From Squalus acanthias (lineage: Eukaryota), in assembly GCA_030390025.1 (NCBI GenBank), contig JASTWF010000341.1, positions 1 through 64,000 on the forward strand: a DNA stretch of 64,000 nucleotides, read 5' to 3'. The notes under the pieces were generated by a model that was not told where the DNA came from, ran no database searches, and worked only from the letters and a program-made list of their open reading frames with translations. This document shows positions 1-13,965 of this stretch, piece after piece. Position 1 is the stretch's first letter; the number at the start of each line of letters is the position of its first letter. The position numbers were made by a program, and so were the translations under genes.

Positions 1-821
1 GCAGTGAGTGTAGAGAAGAGGATAAGTAAAAGAACCTCCAATGCTCCATAACTATGAGCTGAACTCGAATCTCAGTCCAGAATTTACTTTCTTTCACAGT
101 TTGCATAACTGATCATTGAAGACACATCTTAATTAAGTATTTAACAACAGATGTTCAAAGCATGGAATCTTGATGCTGCACACTGCATCAAGGAATAAGT
201 GAAGGATGGTTACTTACTGAAGGCATGGTAACCTTCAGTCTACAGATGACAGCCTCCTTCGCACATCATGTCTGATCCTATAATCAGCCATGCCCACAGG
301 GGAAGGGTACAGCTGCACCTTAAAAGTTTATTTGCTCATGAAAAATCATGTTTATGCAATAAGCATCTAGCCTACTCTGGTAATAATCTTGCCTCACTTT
401 CATTCCGCATCCAACCATACCTCTTAAACTTTCAGTGTCTAAGAAAGAAGAAGGAAAAATGAGCATGGAGAAGACTATTAGCTAGAGAATGACCTTCAGT
501 AAGTCACCTTTCTTCCTCCTTTATTTTTTTCCCTACCACACACCATGGGTCTCTATTCACCAGGTAGGACCCTCTCAGGAAATGGAAAGATCTACGTTTA
601 TATCACTTTCCAAATAGTAAGGATGGATTTCTGCTAGTAAAATCTGTGGGAAGAGGAATCAGTGAATGACGAGAGAATGAAAAGGTCAAGTTCTGGGTAA
701 ACCCATCCTGGGATGCTAAAGTTTACAATTTCCTGGTAGAAAGGCACTCATATTCCCTGGTGAGGATGTCCACTAGCTCAATAGTATTCCCTGTATTACA
801 GGGAACTGGTTGGATTGATAT

Positions 822-1232
822 GGGGGGCAAATATAACCAGTACGTTTCCGGTCCCCCACCATCTTAACAATAGTTGAAATCAGGACACGGGAGATGCCGG
901 CCGCTCCGGAGTGCGGAAGCCTAACTTAAATGGTGAAGCTTGCATCCCGATGATGTCATTGGGGCATGCACGGTATTTTTAACTGCGAGCTAAGGGTTGC
1001 CCACATCACTTACCTTGCGGGACCATTTCCGTGGGCCCTGGCTGCGGCCTGATCGCCAGGAATTTCCTCTCCCGCCCGCTGGCGTTGACGAAATTCCCGC
1101 TTGGCTATCAGGTGAGAGTCAGTTCCGGCATCTGCAAATGAGGCCCGGGAGTTAAACACGCCGAGGAGTCAGACAGACTGCCGCCAGCTGCGGCTCTGTA
1201 CACCCGATTCTCGCCCCGAGTTAAAATCGGGG
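822..1232. mobile_element. Putative degenerate non-autonomous DNA transposon (Harbinger-type MITE)
   Basis: CpG-rich island in AT-rich DNA. Right end read in reverse is GCCCCGATTTTAAC, left end is GGGGGCAAATATAAC (imperfect TIR). Internal TGATGTCAT motif also occurs in the elements at 28.4 and 31.4 kb. No clear TSD. Confidence 0.4.
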
Positions 1233-3308
1233 CTGTAGAGTCTTGCACCAGTGTAAATGCCCAGGATGTCTTTAAGTAATACCAGGGGTCTTGTATCTCT
1301 AATTTATTTATGTAACACATATATACTAGTATGGCAGTGGTGATTCAGAGTAGAAGTGAGCGATTGTTGTCTTAAGTGTTGCACTAACCCTATTTGCACA
1401 AAGCTGATATCAATTGCCTTGTCAACTAGTTGAATTTAGTGAGTAACAGGAAATATCATTATTCTAGCCCTTTTAATGTAAGCACATTGACATTTTTAGG
1501 CAAATCAAGAAGTTTCGGGCAACTGATGTACTTATGAAGTCAAAACCTATTGATTCATGAATGTCATAAACAAAATACAGCTATTAGTTTATCAATAGCG
1601 GGGAAACACAAGCATCTTTTGTTCTATTTACGTTATTAAATTCTAATTCACTACCATAACAATGTTTTTTTGGGGGAAGGGTTAATACCCTGTGAGCGGG
1701 GAAAGGATTCTTGTAAAGCTGTTTTCTCCCCTTCTTACATCGCATACTATCCACAGCAGAGAAGGCAGGCAGACCAGGGATCCACCAGTACAGCTCTGAA
1801 ACAGACTCGTGAAGGTGCACCAGAGTGGTATTGGGTTGACTCTCCCTGCTCCTTCTCTTTGAGCAGGTGTTTGACCTCCGCTCAGCACTACCCCACAGCA
1901 AAGTCACTAAGATTAGGAATTTTGTGCCTGGCATGCCAATGCACCACACCACCATGCTTTATCAAAAGCATTTTAGAATTAACAACAGATTTCCTTGATC
2001 TTGATGATATATGAGCCCTTCCAACTTTCACATTATACAACCAAGTGACAAGTCATTAAAACATTCAACTGACAAATTTTCTGCTGCACAATAACTTCAT
2101 AGGAGTCACTATCTCAAGTTCCAAGATGTTTATGTGCAAGTGTTGTTATGTAGCCTGTCACCCTTGAGATAAGCATCCTGATAGACCTGTTACCTTGTAA
2201 AGATGTATCTATTACAATGTAAATCTAGTATAATCACCAGGAAGCCAGATGATGACACCAGTTCCAATACTTGAAACAGTGACCTTCCATGAGCAAAAGT
2301 AGGCCAAGCACTTAATGTCGTTAACCATTCCCCTGGCAGTGCTATTAGGCCCTGTAAAGGGTATTATTCTAGTAGGTTTCGGCCTGTCATTTCTTGGAGG
2401 CAAGATTGGGTCAGCTGCTGCTATGGCTTCAGAGCTAGCATAACCAGTTGTCGTAAGTATGGTTATCTGTGCAGGTTGATTTGCCAAAACTGGATTACTT
2501 TATGTGAATATCCTTGAAGTTACAGATAGTCCAAAAGGAAGCAATCAGAGTTAGCAGCATACTGTGTACCATGAAAATCACCTGTTAGTTTCCCCAATCA
2601 GAACATTAACCAATATTAAAGTTGACATTGTATATCCAGTAATTGAGCACACTTACTGGTATTTACACAACTATGGTTCGAATTTAAAACTTCCCTTTCT
2701 TGAGAAGCTCAGTGAGGTAGCTGAGGTTGCGAATGGGTCAGTTGTTTCTTTCGGCCTACAAGAGCTCTGGAGTAAAACCACTCACTTTAATTCTGCAGAA
2801 GCAGGGCTTCATTGAACCAGACTGTAACAACGCAATTTAATAATAAAGGGCAGGAAAATATTACCCCTCTGGAAAAAAGTGGGGCGATCCTCAGAGGAAA
2901 TCAGTGGCATAACGTCAGTATGATTTCCAGCACTCAAACATCAGATGTGAACTTGAAACACTTGCCTCTAAACCTTGACAAGCAAATACATTTTTAGATT
3001 TATTCAGGTCTTGCAAAGCAACACATATGCATACTTAGCCGTTAGACCATAAATTAGATACTTCTCCATTCATACCTTTTATCTAGACAACTTCACCCAC
3101 ATTAGACCAATGGATATTAAACGTGTTCCACTGGACCATTAGTTAAAAAAAATTACTTGGTCTTAGCAATGTCATACTCTCCCAAAAGCTCTATCAATGG
3201 TGGATGCCCTTGTGGGAGGGCACTGATGGGCAATACTTTCAGGGTAAATGGGAGGATTAAGTATGGACAAAGTTGGTCCTATAACTATAAGACGGACTGA
3301 TAAATATG

Positions 3309-3929
3309 GGGCCAGAATTTATGGTGTCTTCGATGGCGTACACTCAGCCCATTCGCGAAAAACTTGCGATCTGTCAAGGTACCCCTTGACAGATCAACCG
3401 AACCGACTAGAAAATCATTTTCACTGGTGCAGAGTTGCTATTTGCCCAACTACCGCCCAGCAATTGCCCACAAAACTCTTACGGCTGGTAAAAGCAGGCG
3501 TTGGGCCTGCTTTTACCAGCGTAATGGTTATTATAAATCTTAAAATTAGTTTATGCTAATATTGGCCCGGATTAAAATGTTTAAAGTAATTTTTCAAAAA
3601 ATTCAATTTTTATTGTATTCGCTGTAATGGAAGGACTTTTAATTAAATTTGAAAATCAGAACATTTATATTTATTGGAGTTGTCTAAATTGTTTAATTAT
3701 TTGGTGATTCCATTAGGGTTTATAGGGGATTCCTTCCGGAAATGGAATCCTCCTTTCTCACTTCTGAACCGCCTGCGTCCCTGGGATCTGTGGGCCTTTA
3801 CACAGGTGTACGGCTGGAGGCCCAGGACCCGAACTCTCCGTAGCTTTGAAGCCAGGAGGTAAGTTTGTAGATGTTTCACGGGTCGGAGGCGTACTCCGGA
3901 GGTACGCCTCCGACCGCAAATTCAGGGCC
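3309..3929. mobile_element. PIF/Harbinger-type MITE (family A)
   Basis: TIRs GGGCCAGAATTT / GGCCCTGAATTT (rc); identical 3-bp flanks ATG (3306-3308, 3930-3932); internal homology to the element at 54166-58350 in opposite orientation. Confidence 0.75.
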
Positions 3930-6900
3930 ATGATCTCAGTGGACCCTACAGCCTCTTCAAACTTCAATAAAACTTTCTTCACCTGATATATATAGAATAT
4001 CTCAGTTTCATATGAGAGCTCCAGAAATTTTGCCTCACCTGAAGCCATGCTTGTCCTATAATTCATGTAAAAGACACTAGCACTTTGCCTCTCCTCGCAT
4101 TAGTTGTTACAGGATTGAAAACGGACTGCAGTTATAGGGTTACATGCTCCATTTCCTTATCTATGATATTCTTGCTCCAAATTCTGCATCACTTAAGCAG
4201 TTTCTTTATTATCTACCTCAGTCTGAAAAAAAAACTAGGTGGTGCCAGTTAGCTAAGCACATCTGGTAAGTAGGTAGATAAGCAAAAATCCTTATGGATA
4301 CATTACACTTCCGAGTGCCCTGTATTTACGATAAACTAATGAATTCAGTTTTCTTAACTTCCTGTCCTGAGTAATTGAAGTTGAGGATCAAGATTGAGCA
4401 GAATACCTTATTTTAAGTGGGCTGATGCCATGAGTATGATTTGGCCAGTGAAGAGGTAAGCTGTGGTTCCCAACTCTTCTTGCAGTACCCTGTGCAATCT
4501 GCCTATCCTGAAATTAAAATATGATTATCTCCGAGGTTACACCTTACTTTCTTGATCAGCCCAGAGGTAAGTGGTCCTTGGAAACCAGAGGGGGTGAGGC
4601 ATGAATGAATCCCACTAAAACTGCTAATTAAACTTCATCAACAACTTGCGCTTATATAACACAATTCATGTAGATAAATATCCTCTGGTTCACAGAGGGA
4701 TGGATTGGATGCTGAGCTTTTAAACAACTATTAACTTTTTAAAGTTTAAACAATACAAAGCTCAAATGTGGTTCCCGTGAGGTAACGATTCGCCAAAACA
4801 ACAATCATGATGCCCACAATACCTATTCATTCAGAGTTGGAGAAACATGCTACATAATGTACAATATCTCTTTAATTGTATTCTTTCTTGCAGAAATGTA
4901 GTCAAGGTTATCAACACAATCAAGCTCTCAGCAGCAGAATTTGTCCATCTCTTTAGGGCTTTGAGATTTTAACCAAACCAGCACATGTACTCTATGCTTA
5001 AACCAACACAACTTTTTAACAGTATGGACATGGCTTCACTAAATTTCTGTTTAAATAAATGTTACCATTGGGATTTAATTTGGTGTCCAACAACCTAGTC
5101 ACTGATTTTGTGATTTTAGTAGGTCTGGTGGTCTGTGGGCATACCGTAACAATCATTCTGTAATAAAACTGTTATACTTCTGACAATCATAATAAAACCG
5201 ATGATAGAAAGTGGGAGAAGGAAGTGATTCATTCAGAGATCATTTTATTCACACTGCCTTTTGCTTTTGAAAATCATTCTGCCGGCTCGGAGTACTAAAA
5301 TACAGAGCAAAGAAGTCAGCCGACTCATTGAAAATCAAGGCACATTGACAGTCATGGAGGCAGACCTTTGTTCAATGTTCACGTCTGTGTATAATGACAG
5401 AAGGCTCAAAATGCTGCCTTCTACTAAAGAGCAAGTACATGATCCAGCACGGTTAATCAATAAGTTAATGGAATGAATCGATAGCAAAGATTTTTAGGAG
5501 ATCTTAATTAAAGAAACACTTGCAGAAACAAATGATGTATTCAATCTATTGATGGCATCAGGGTGAGGGGTTAAACAGGAACAAAACCATCAATGTTATT
5601 TTGCTGGCAAACATTTTGCTAAGCAGCCAAAATAGCTCATAGGCCTCAAAACCTGCCCATTAATCAGTCCCCTGTCAATTTCCACCTGAATTGTACAGGC
5701 AAATTAGTCCATACTAAAAAATTTTAATTACTGAACAGCAGGGTAAAATGTGATGATGAAAAATAGATGCAAGAGCCTGCATCCGGCTTTTTTCCTCTCT
5801 GTAGAAGAAGCTGAGTCCCTTGAACAGGAATAGCTCAGCTGACAGAGTCTCTTTCCAACTGAGAAGTGTATAACTAGAATAATTAAAGAACACCTAAATT
5901 GATGGATCCCATTAATGCAGAGGAATTCTCCTGTGGATGGTCTGCACAAACATGTTAAGTCAATATTTTTGATTCCCCTTGATGGTTCTGCACCAGGCAC
6001 TAGTTTAAAGAGACATCAATCTGTGATGTCAGCATTTATCTAATGAACCTTCAAAAATCAATGTTCAAAATTGCCTGCTACATGTATGCGCACAATTTGT
6101 TCGTTCTCAGAGGGCTAACGGCATAAAACTAAAACATCAGAATAGTAATAATCACCAGCTCTAGTGACCACAACTGACTTTCAAGTTAGCCATGGGGAAA
6201 TTATCTACAGAACCAGATTCCAGGATTCCTTCTCACTCCAAATCTGTTTCTCAGTGCCTATTTCAGTGTGACTACAGTGAAAGGAAGTCTTTACTAAATT
6301 ATTCAGCAGTCAAACAAACCGCTAAGATAGATGCATCACAGGTGGTTAAGAAGGCCAGTGAGAGCTAAATGGGGCAAAATATTCAACTGTAAATAATGCC
6401 TCATCTGCAAGTTTCAGACACAATGCTAAGCAGCATTTGATACAGCTACTTTCTAGGCATATTTAAGTCGGTTCAAAAATATTTTTTATGTCTATAAGGC
6501 TCTGATAGGGGTTGACTGTAATATATCACCTGCATATAAAATGTATGTGAGATTGACAGAGACTGTGATGTTGCAGCACACTGTCCAAAGGCTGGTGGCT
6601 TTTTTCTTTTTCTTCTCAGCCAATACACAGCACATATGGCCATAGAACACGGCATTAATTAACCTCTACCATAAAAAAAATTCCAGCTTTATTACTTTAG
6701 AATTTGGTAATAAGTAATGATAACTTACAACTGTGTTTTGCAATGTGTAGCAACAGTCAACTCAAATTAGTTTACATTTCTTTAGTCAGTTTTTTTTTTA
6801 ATGCATGGTTACCTCCCACACAGCTGCAGTATTTTTCTTGGCTGGTTAATATTGCTTGAGGCTTCTATATATATATATATGTCTATATATGCTTATATGC

Positions 6901-9900
6901 ATACACCTTTGGAGAATATGTGCCAAAAATATATAAGCAACATAAAAAGCAAGCAGTCAGCACAGAAATTGGACCTTTTTGAGTTTGAACAAATAAACTA
7001 TAAATAAACATAATGAAAAGACATATATAAGTGTTTATCTACTTTTCTTGGCTCTTTCTCAATAAGGGAATGCTTACCATGAATCTCCTGATTTCTAACA
7101 AATCAGAAGCTCTGCTACTGATGAAGAACTACCACACTGCTAAAACTACAAAAGAAAGCTTAGCCTCTTCAAAAGCCATTTAATCTGTTATAAATATAAA
7201 GAAAAGACAGGCTAACTACTGAATTCATTGCTCCTTTAGGCATACCTTTATCCTGTATGCGTGATGGTACACATTGCTTAATGCACTGTGGTAGGCAGTG
7301 TTTTATTAGATCTGTGCACAAATATGTTTTTTCTACAAATGAACACTTGGTTTACTCACATACCTGTATCTATAGTTGTTGATGGATTTGCATATAGATG
7401 GATTTATTTAGTAATTTAAGAACCCAAGGGCTATTTTAGTTTAGAGCAATTTTAAACCATATTTTTAATACTCTGTACAGTTTTCTTCCAGTATTAGCAT
7501 GAAAAACAGATTGGCTGAAATTTGCTCCCATTCACAGTCAATGGGGAATATTCCAGCCAAGGTCTATGTTTTTAAAGTCTCAAATCATAAGATAAATGAC
7601 ACTCCTCCAGCACACACCAGGGCTTGGGTTCTGCTGCACAGAGGCCCTAGAGAAGAAACAATGAAATAGTGGCCCGAACCCATTAATGAGAATTGTAGAG
7701 TGGATTTTAATTATTTTGTAATTCGTTCTAGTAGATGTGTACTTTTAGTTACTGTTCCAAAAAGGACAAACAGAGACAAAACTGTTGTTGAAATTTCCCT
7801 GAGCAGGGTATATTTTTATTGCATTCATTGTATAAAAGGCATTATTGCTATGCGGCTAAGGGGGAAAAAAGGATTACAGTGACTGATTTTTATGGGCTCT
7901 TGTACAGCAGGGCAAGGAATGAAAGTGGATAACAACATTAGTGAAACCTTAAGTGCTGCTCACTTTACCCAATCATAAAGATTTACCCAAAAACAAATCA
8001 ATGGGCTCTGAGAGACTGCGGATTTAGTGTACAGCATCAATCCCATTACAGCTGCTGTCTAAAGAGCAGGCTTTACTTTCTGAACTCAGCAGAGAGCTGT
8101 TCAGCAGGACACTCAGTGCCCCCTGGAACTGCAGGAAGGGAAACAATTGATGGGATGAGTCAACTGGCATGATCAGTCATTACCGATGGAAATCTCTGCT
8201 CTACCAGTCTTTCCTCTCCCCCCACCACTCCCCCCTTCCATATATCCATCTTTGCAGCATCTTCATGCTTTTAACTGAGCCTCTAATAGTTTCTGTCAGT
8301 ACAGGTGACTGGGTACCACTCTGGACGGTCCCTAGCCACTTACACACTCAGTTATCTGTCTTCATGGATTTGTCCTGGACGTCAGGACTCTGATGTACAA
8401 TGTTTATTGTCAGGGTGACAAAACAATCTCTCGCATGCCACAGATGATTCTCCATCCACAGACTGGGTACCCACAGAGCAGGATGACACTTTCTATCTGT
8501 ACACCAGTGTGTGCTGTTAGGTGCTATTCATCCCCCGGTAATCATGCCTGATTCACAGAAGGGATTTAACCTCAGTTTCCTGGTACCGAGAAAACAAACC
8601 TGAGAGCAATTTAAAAAAAACACCTGCCACTGGTGTCAAGTGGTGGAATATCAAGACTTTTCTGAGCTTCACTGGCCTCCGAAGCTGACACGGTTTGATG
8701 GGAAGTTTAATGTAATAGGCTGTGAATGCCAAAAGGCCTGTTGTCAGCAATGAAGTCTGAAAGTTAGCAGAATTAATATTATAGTACAATGGAACTGCCC
8801 TCAAGGGACAGGACTGCCAAGGCAGGACAGAAAAAAATGGCTTTAGCAGTCATTCCAGTATGACATTCTGTCAACGCTGCTAAACAGAAATAAAAAATCA
8901 TTGAAATCACTGCATGCCTTTTATGTGGCCTTTTTATCTAATATAAAGTAATGACATTGACGCTAGCAGCCCCACCTTGGCTGGGACAAGGCCCACAAGG
9001 GAAAAGCACTCCATTTTGCATCGTTAAATGCAATAAGAATGAATGCAACCCAGAGTCTGTTTAGCAAAGAGTGATGCCTGGTTTGTAGCACATCAAAGGC
9101 CAATAAATCTCAATGCTTCAACAACAGATGAAAATGGTTATCTCATCATTGCAGCACTGAAGTGAAATTTTCTCTGCGCTGGAGTATTTTTATGCATGAT
9201 TTATGTCGGGGGTAGGGAATTATTTAACAAAGTGGCAGATAATGATAAATAGAAAGCATAGAGGAGTCTAGGCAAGGGAAAGGGGCTTCACAACTACAGA
9301 GGGTAGAATATAAAACAGCACAGGGCGACAGCCTAATGGGCGCTTATTTAACACTAAAGATTACCCAGAGTGCACTGCCCACCCAAGCCCTGCGCTCATT
9401 AGTGCTCGTAATTAACTTTATGACTGTCAATGTGAGCACCACCAAAGCTGACAGATAGATGATAACGATGAGGGCAATAATAAATCTGAAGAGGAACAAT
9501 TGACACACAGACACACACATACAACAAAATGATGCTGGTGATGAAGAAATGTTGACATCAAATCTAATTAAGGCTGAAACAGCAACTACTGCACAATCCA
9601 GAGTAATGTAATGTTATTACTAGTGATGTGCCCCATTGGAACACCAGATCAACACAGTGTATGATTTAGTATTTACAGTTTGGTGTCATATTTAGTAAGG
9701 ACAATATCAGAGGGGAAATGATGGGCGCCATGACCTTTTCAAGTCAAAATTCTAATGATAAATATGTGCTTAGCAAGGCATACCAGATTATGCCTAAAGA
9801 GTTTTAAAAACAGGTTGATATATAACACATTTATCAACTGTTTTCCCAAGAATGTCACCAAGAGGGAAAATAGAAAGGCAGAGAGGAGACTTTTCTGTGA

Positions 9901-10859
9901 ATTATGCAGCAGTAATTGTCAATCATAACTTGAGTTGAGTTAAAATTGCACCGTTTTCATATTGAAATAGCATAAAGCTATTGTGGGAAAGCAATGGCTT
10001 CTTAATGCAGTGTAGATGAGTCTAATATTTGGATCATTTTTCACTCAGTTACTAGGTGGATAGTATTTCCTGCTCACAGCTGTCTTGACCTTGGGCAATC
10101 TTATGACCTAAATTTGCACTTGCTCTGAGCAAATATCTGCAAAGCACAATTTCTCATATTTTTGGTATGCATAAAAAAGTGAAATATCTTTTATCATCTG
10201 TACTGTCAAGCTTAGGTTATAAAAAAATATTAGTTTAGCCTCTACCAATTTTGGTTCATTCAACAAGCAAGACACCCGGATCTGCTAGGCGGAAAATATT
10301 CTAAAATCAAAACCATTTGTCTTGTGTGCAGTATGAATCACAAATAGACCAGACAACACAGCCCGTTGTGGATAGTAAGGAAACAGTGAAGGTTTTATTG
10401 TGCTGTGTAGTCCTTTCTCAGCAAAAATATTCATGTGAGTTGTTAATATTATTTCTAAATTATAACAGCTGATTTTTGTATCTTGATAATCCTCCATTGT
10501 AGAAGAAAAATGTAAGTCTTCTCTCTAATTTGCACTGAAACCTACTTCAAGCAGGAGGAACTTACATTATGATTTAAAAACAAAAGTATCAAACTGCCTC
10601 CCTATATATGCATAAATTGGCACTTGAACTGCCTCCATTAATATACACCATACTGCTTATATATATATATATATATATGTTTTAAGACAAGCTTGTCACA
10701 TTTCAGGTGTCACACCGTAATACATACAAATTTCTGTGCTACGCTTAAAAGATTTTTTTATATAAGGAAGAAAGTCAGTCATTGCAATGGACATAAACAC
10801 TCCCGAGCCAGCAGAAAATCTTCCAACTGACCTCAGAAGTCACACTTAAAAAAAATTCA

Positions 10860-11030
10860 AGAAAGAAAGAAAGAATGGTCAACATCTGAAATGGAAAAAG
10901 TCAGATTAAGGTTTCTGATGGGAACCTTCGTCAGAATGCAACCCATCTGAAACATTAATCGACTTTTTTTTCTCTGACCAACTTGCTGTCCACTTCCGGC
11001 ATTTTAGGTTTAATTTCAGATTTGCAGTTC
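10860..11030. mobile_element. Degenerate Penelope-like terminal-repeat remnant in inverted arrangement
   Basis: GAAACATTAATC...CTGACC-ACTTGCTG...TTTCAGATTT resembles the repeats at 46.4 and 53.9 kb; the minus strand reads TTCTGACGAAGGTTCCCATCAGAAAC (hammerhead-like core). Confidence 0.4.
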
Positions 11031-11469
11031 TCCTTTAAAAGAAATTATTTGGCCATTAATAGCTGTTATGAATAGAAAAAAAATCATACATATATCACTG
11101 AGATAGGTCTGTAAAACATTTGTACACCAAAAAGCTTTATCCTATGAAACAGCAATCAACTTACTTAAATGACAGACTCCAACAACTATCAATGCCTGAA
11201 GCTTTATGTGACTGATGTGAGAGAGACCACTTTGAGTTCTGAGTATTGAGGTTTGTCACTTTAGTATAATACTGCAGTATGGTTAATAGTTTACTTTGAC
11301 TGCAGAACCATTCTGAACTTTTTTGTTGTTGTATTCACCCTAAAGAATATGTGGAGAAAAAAAGAGCATTATCCCATATGCACAATGAAGTCTGGAGATT
11401 ATCTTACTCATGCAGAAGACATATACAGTAGGACCCATTTAAAACCTTCTTTGAAAATATCAAATCCTG

Positions 11470-12075
11470 CTTAAAGGGAAACTCCAGGCTCCAAATAACT
11501 TGTATTCAGTAGACAGAACTCTCCTTCAATATCTTGTCCCCAGCAGCAATTTGTTCCTTGTCATTTTATCTACACAGCAAAAACAAGTTTCAAAGTGAAT
11601 ATTTTCCACTGACTGAGAACAGCCATTTGCTTCTTGGTAGAAACTGTTAGCAGCTTCTTGATACCAGATGATGATGTCACACTGCTTGCTATTGCTGCCT
11701 ATAATGCACAGAGAAACCATAAATGTCAACTTAATAGGGCCTTTTAAATTAGGGGGAACCATAAAATAGGTTTCTACTCAGGATTAATCAGAAGGGATTT
11801 CTGTGTGTTTGACTATCAAGCAATCTGGCAAAAGAAAAAAAAACAATTTAAACAAAGTGAACTCCTAGATTTCCATGTGATTTCTGCTAGCAACAAGCAA
11901 TGTGACATCATAATCTGGTACCGATAGACTATCAATACTGGAGATTCTCAGTAAGAGAACATCCACTTTCAAACTGGTTTCCCTTCTGTAAGTGAAATGG
12001 AGCAAAGGAATTTGTGCTGGGAGCTGGATATTGGAAGACACATTGGTTGTTTGTAGTGTTGAGTTTTCCTTATGG
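11470..12075. repeat. Long imperfect inverted repeat (ancient palindromic element)
   Basis: The rc of 11662-11690 matches 11892-11920 at 26/29; further matching blocks TTCTCAGT..CACTTT.AAACT.GTTT and TGCTGGG...GATATTG extend outward symmetrically. Confidence 0.6.
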
Positions 12076-13230
12076 ATAAACTCTTTTCCAGGTGCTAAAT
12101 ATTTTGCATTCACTGGAATCTGAAAGCTACTTAAGATCAAGCCCACTTACACTCATCTTTTATGGAATGTAGTTTAAAAGGTGCATGCCATTTTATCAGA
12201 TTTAAGACAGAGATGCGGAATGACAAGTCAGTGATGTGATAACATCACTGTCACAAATTGTGCCTGGTGCTAAAAAATACTGTACATTATTGAGAGTGTG
12301 TTTAAAAGTTCACCTAACTACTTCAAAACACTACAATTACATATCTGCTGCAGTGGAACCTTTTAGAGGCTGTGATGGCAGAACTGAAGCTGAACCTGCT
12401 TGAAAATTTACTATAACTACAGTGAAGTCCCTTTAAAGTCAAGTTCCTTGTCCTTTTTATGCAATAGTAAGTTGTTCATCAAAATGTTATGTTACTGTGG
12501 TCTTTGGGACAAAATGTGAATTTTTAAGCAAGCAGTACCGAGTTGACAAGGTCCAGTAAGAACTTCAGTTTAGAAATAGCACAACTAGGCATTGTGGTGG
12601 TACTACAACACCCTGAGGCACTGAGTGATAGGGTGTGGCTTTGTACACAAAGTTCCGCACAAAATGAGCTCCCAATCTCAGCCATGCCATCAGGGGAAGG
12701 TGCCCATGTGAGGAGCAGGGAGGGAGAAATCAGAGTCACAATGAACCATTCTTACAAACCTTCTCGCAGAGATCACCTGCCCACTGTCTCTGCCAGAGAA
12801 TGTTGTGTGATGAGCAGGGAACGAAAGGAGGCAGAAAATGACAAGACTGTGATCTGTGAACCACAATAAGTTCTCCGATACTTTAGTAATTTACAAAATA
12901 TGTATTTTTAGTATAGTGCACCCCTAAACATTAATACTGCAGAAAACCATACTGATGGCAACCAGAAGAAATGACTTTAAGTAATTTGATCTTCCAACTT
13001 GAGTCTTCACCAAGTAATCCGATCACTGTAAAGATTCCCTTTGGCCAAAGTGACAGATCACAGCATTAGTGATTTTGCTGTTGGAAGCTCTTGCCCACCT
13101 TCTCGCCCCCCAAAAAACCTGCTCAAGTATTAGAGATTATCATGTTTGAGCTTCCAGCACCTGGGTCTGTCTCAACAATTTCAAATTCCAATTCCAATGA
13201 CAGACACAGACAGTGCACATAAATTACTGG

Positions 13231-13965
13231 GTGGTAACTTATCCACTTTGGGCACAATCGGGTAATTGGGAGGAAATTGCGCTTGAAATTGCGCTGCTTA
13301 GGTTACAGTTCAAGTTTCCACTAAAATGCATTGCATAATCACAAACGTAAGATCTTCCATGAACGAGCACAATCGGGCAGCGTAATAGAACGTAATCGTT
13401 GTTTTCTTTGCATTAAAAAATATTCATTGATGTATTTAAGAGTGGTAACCTGGTGCAGTTTTATTATTAAAGATGAAAATGGGTTTATCACAAAAATAAG
13501 CATTTTAATAAGGGTGTCGAGTCCACCATATGTGAGTAACCCGATTTTAAGTCACTGAAAATTACTTAAAAAAACTATACTGAGCCATTTATTGGTGTAC
13601 ACTAGTCAGTTTCTTAGTAAATTAAATATTTTTTTATATATAAAAATTTTTAAAACATGTTGACTAGTGCCTGAGTACCGAAGAAAACAAGTTCAATTTG
13701 AAGAGCCCCTCAAATGGCTGCAAACGGGCGCAATCTGGCGGTAACTCGCCAGCCTCATTATTTCGATCTGGGGGCATGGCCAGTTTTGTGGGCGGGGGCC
13801 GGCTTCGGGCGAAATTACTTTTAAACCAGCGTTAAAGATCAGGGGAACTCGATTTACGCTTGACATAACTTACGTTTAAAATTCCCCGACATTTTACGCT
13901 GGTTCGGTCGATTTCACCCGGATTGCGCTGATAAAACTAGCGTAAGCTAGCGGAAACTCTACCCC
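13231..13965. mobile_element. PIF/Harbinger-type MITE (family B)
   Basis: Collinear homology along its length with 42664-43509; right TIR rc GGGGTAGAGTTTCCGCT; left TIR degenerate. Confidence 0.7.

Noticed and set aside
2212..2487. 91-aa minus-strand ORF and overlapping 42-aa hydrophobic plus-strand ORF (MSLTIPLAVLLG...)
   Set aside because: No recognisable family, no convincing splice signals, and lengths expected by chance.
12229..12250. Short hairpin CAGTGATGT-GATA-ACATCACTG as terminator or miRNA
   Set aside because: Too short for a pre-miRNA; intrinsic terminators do not apply in a eukaryote; 9-bp stems can arise by chance.
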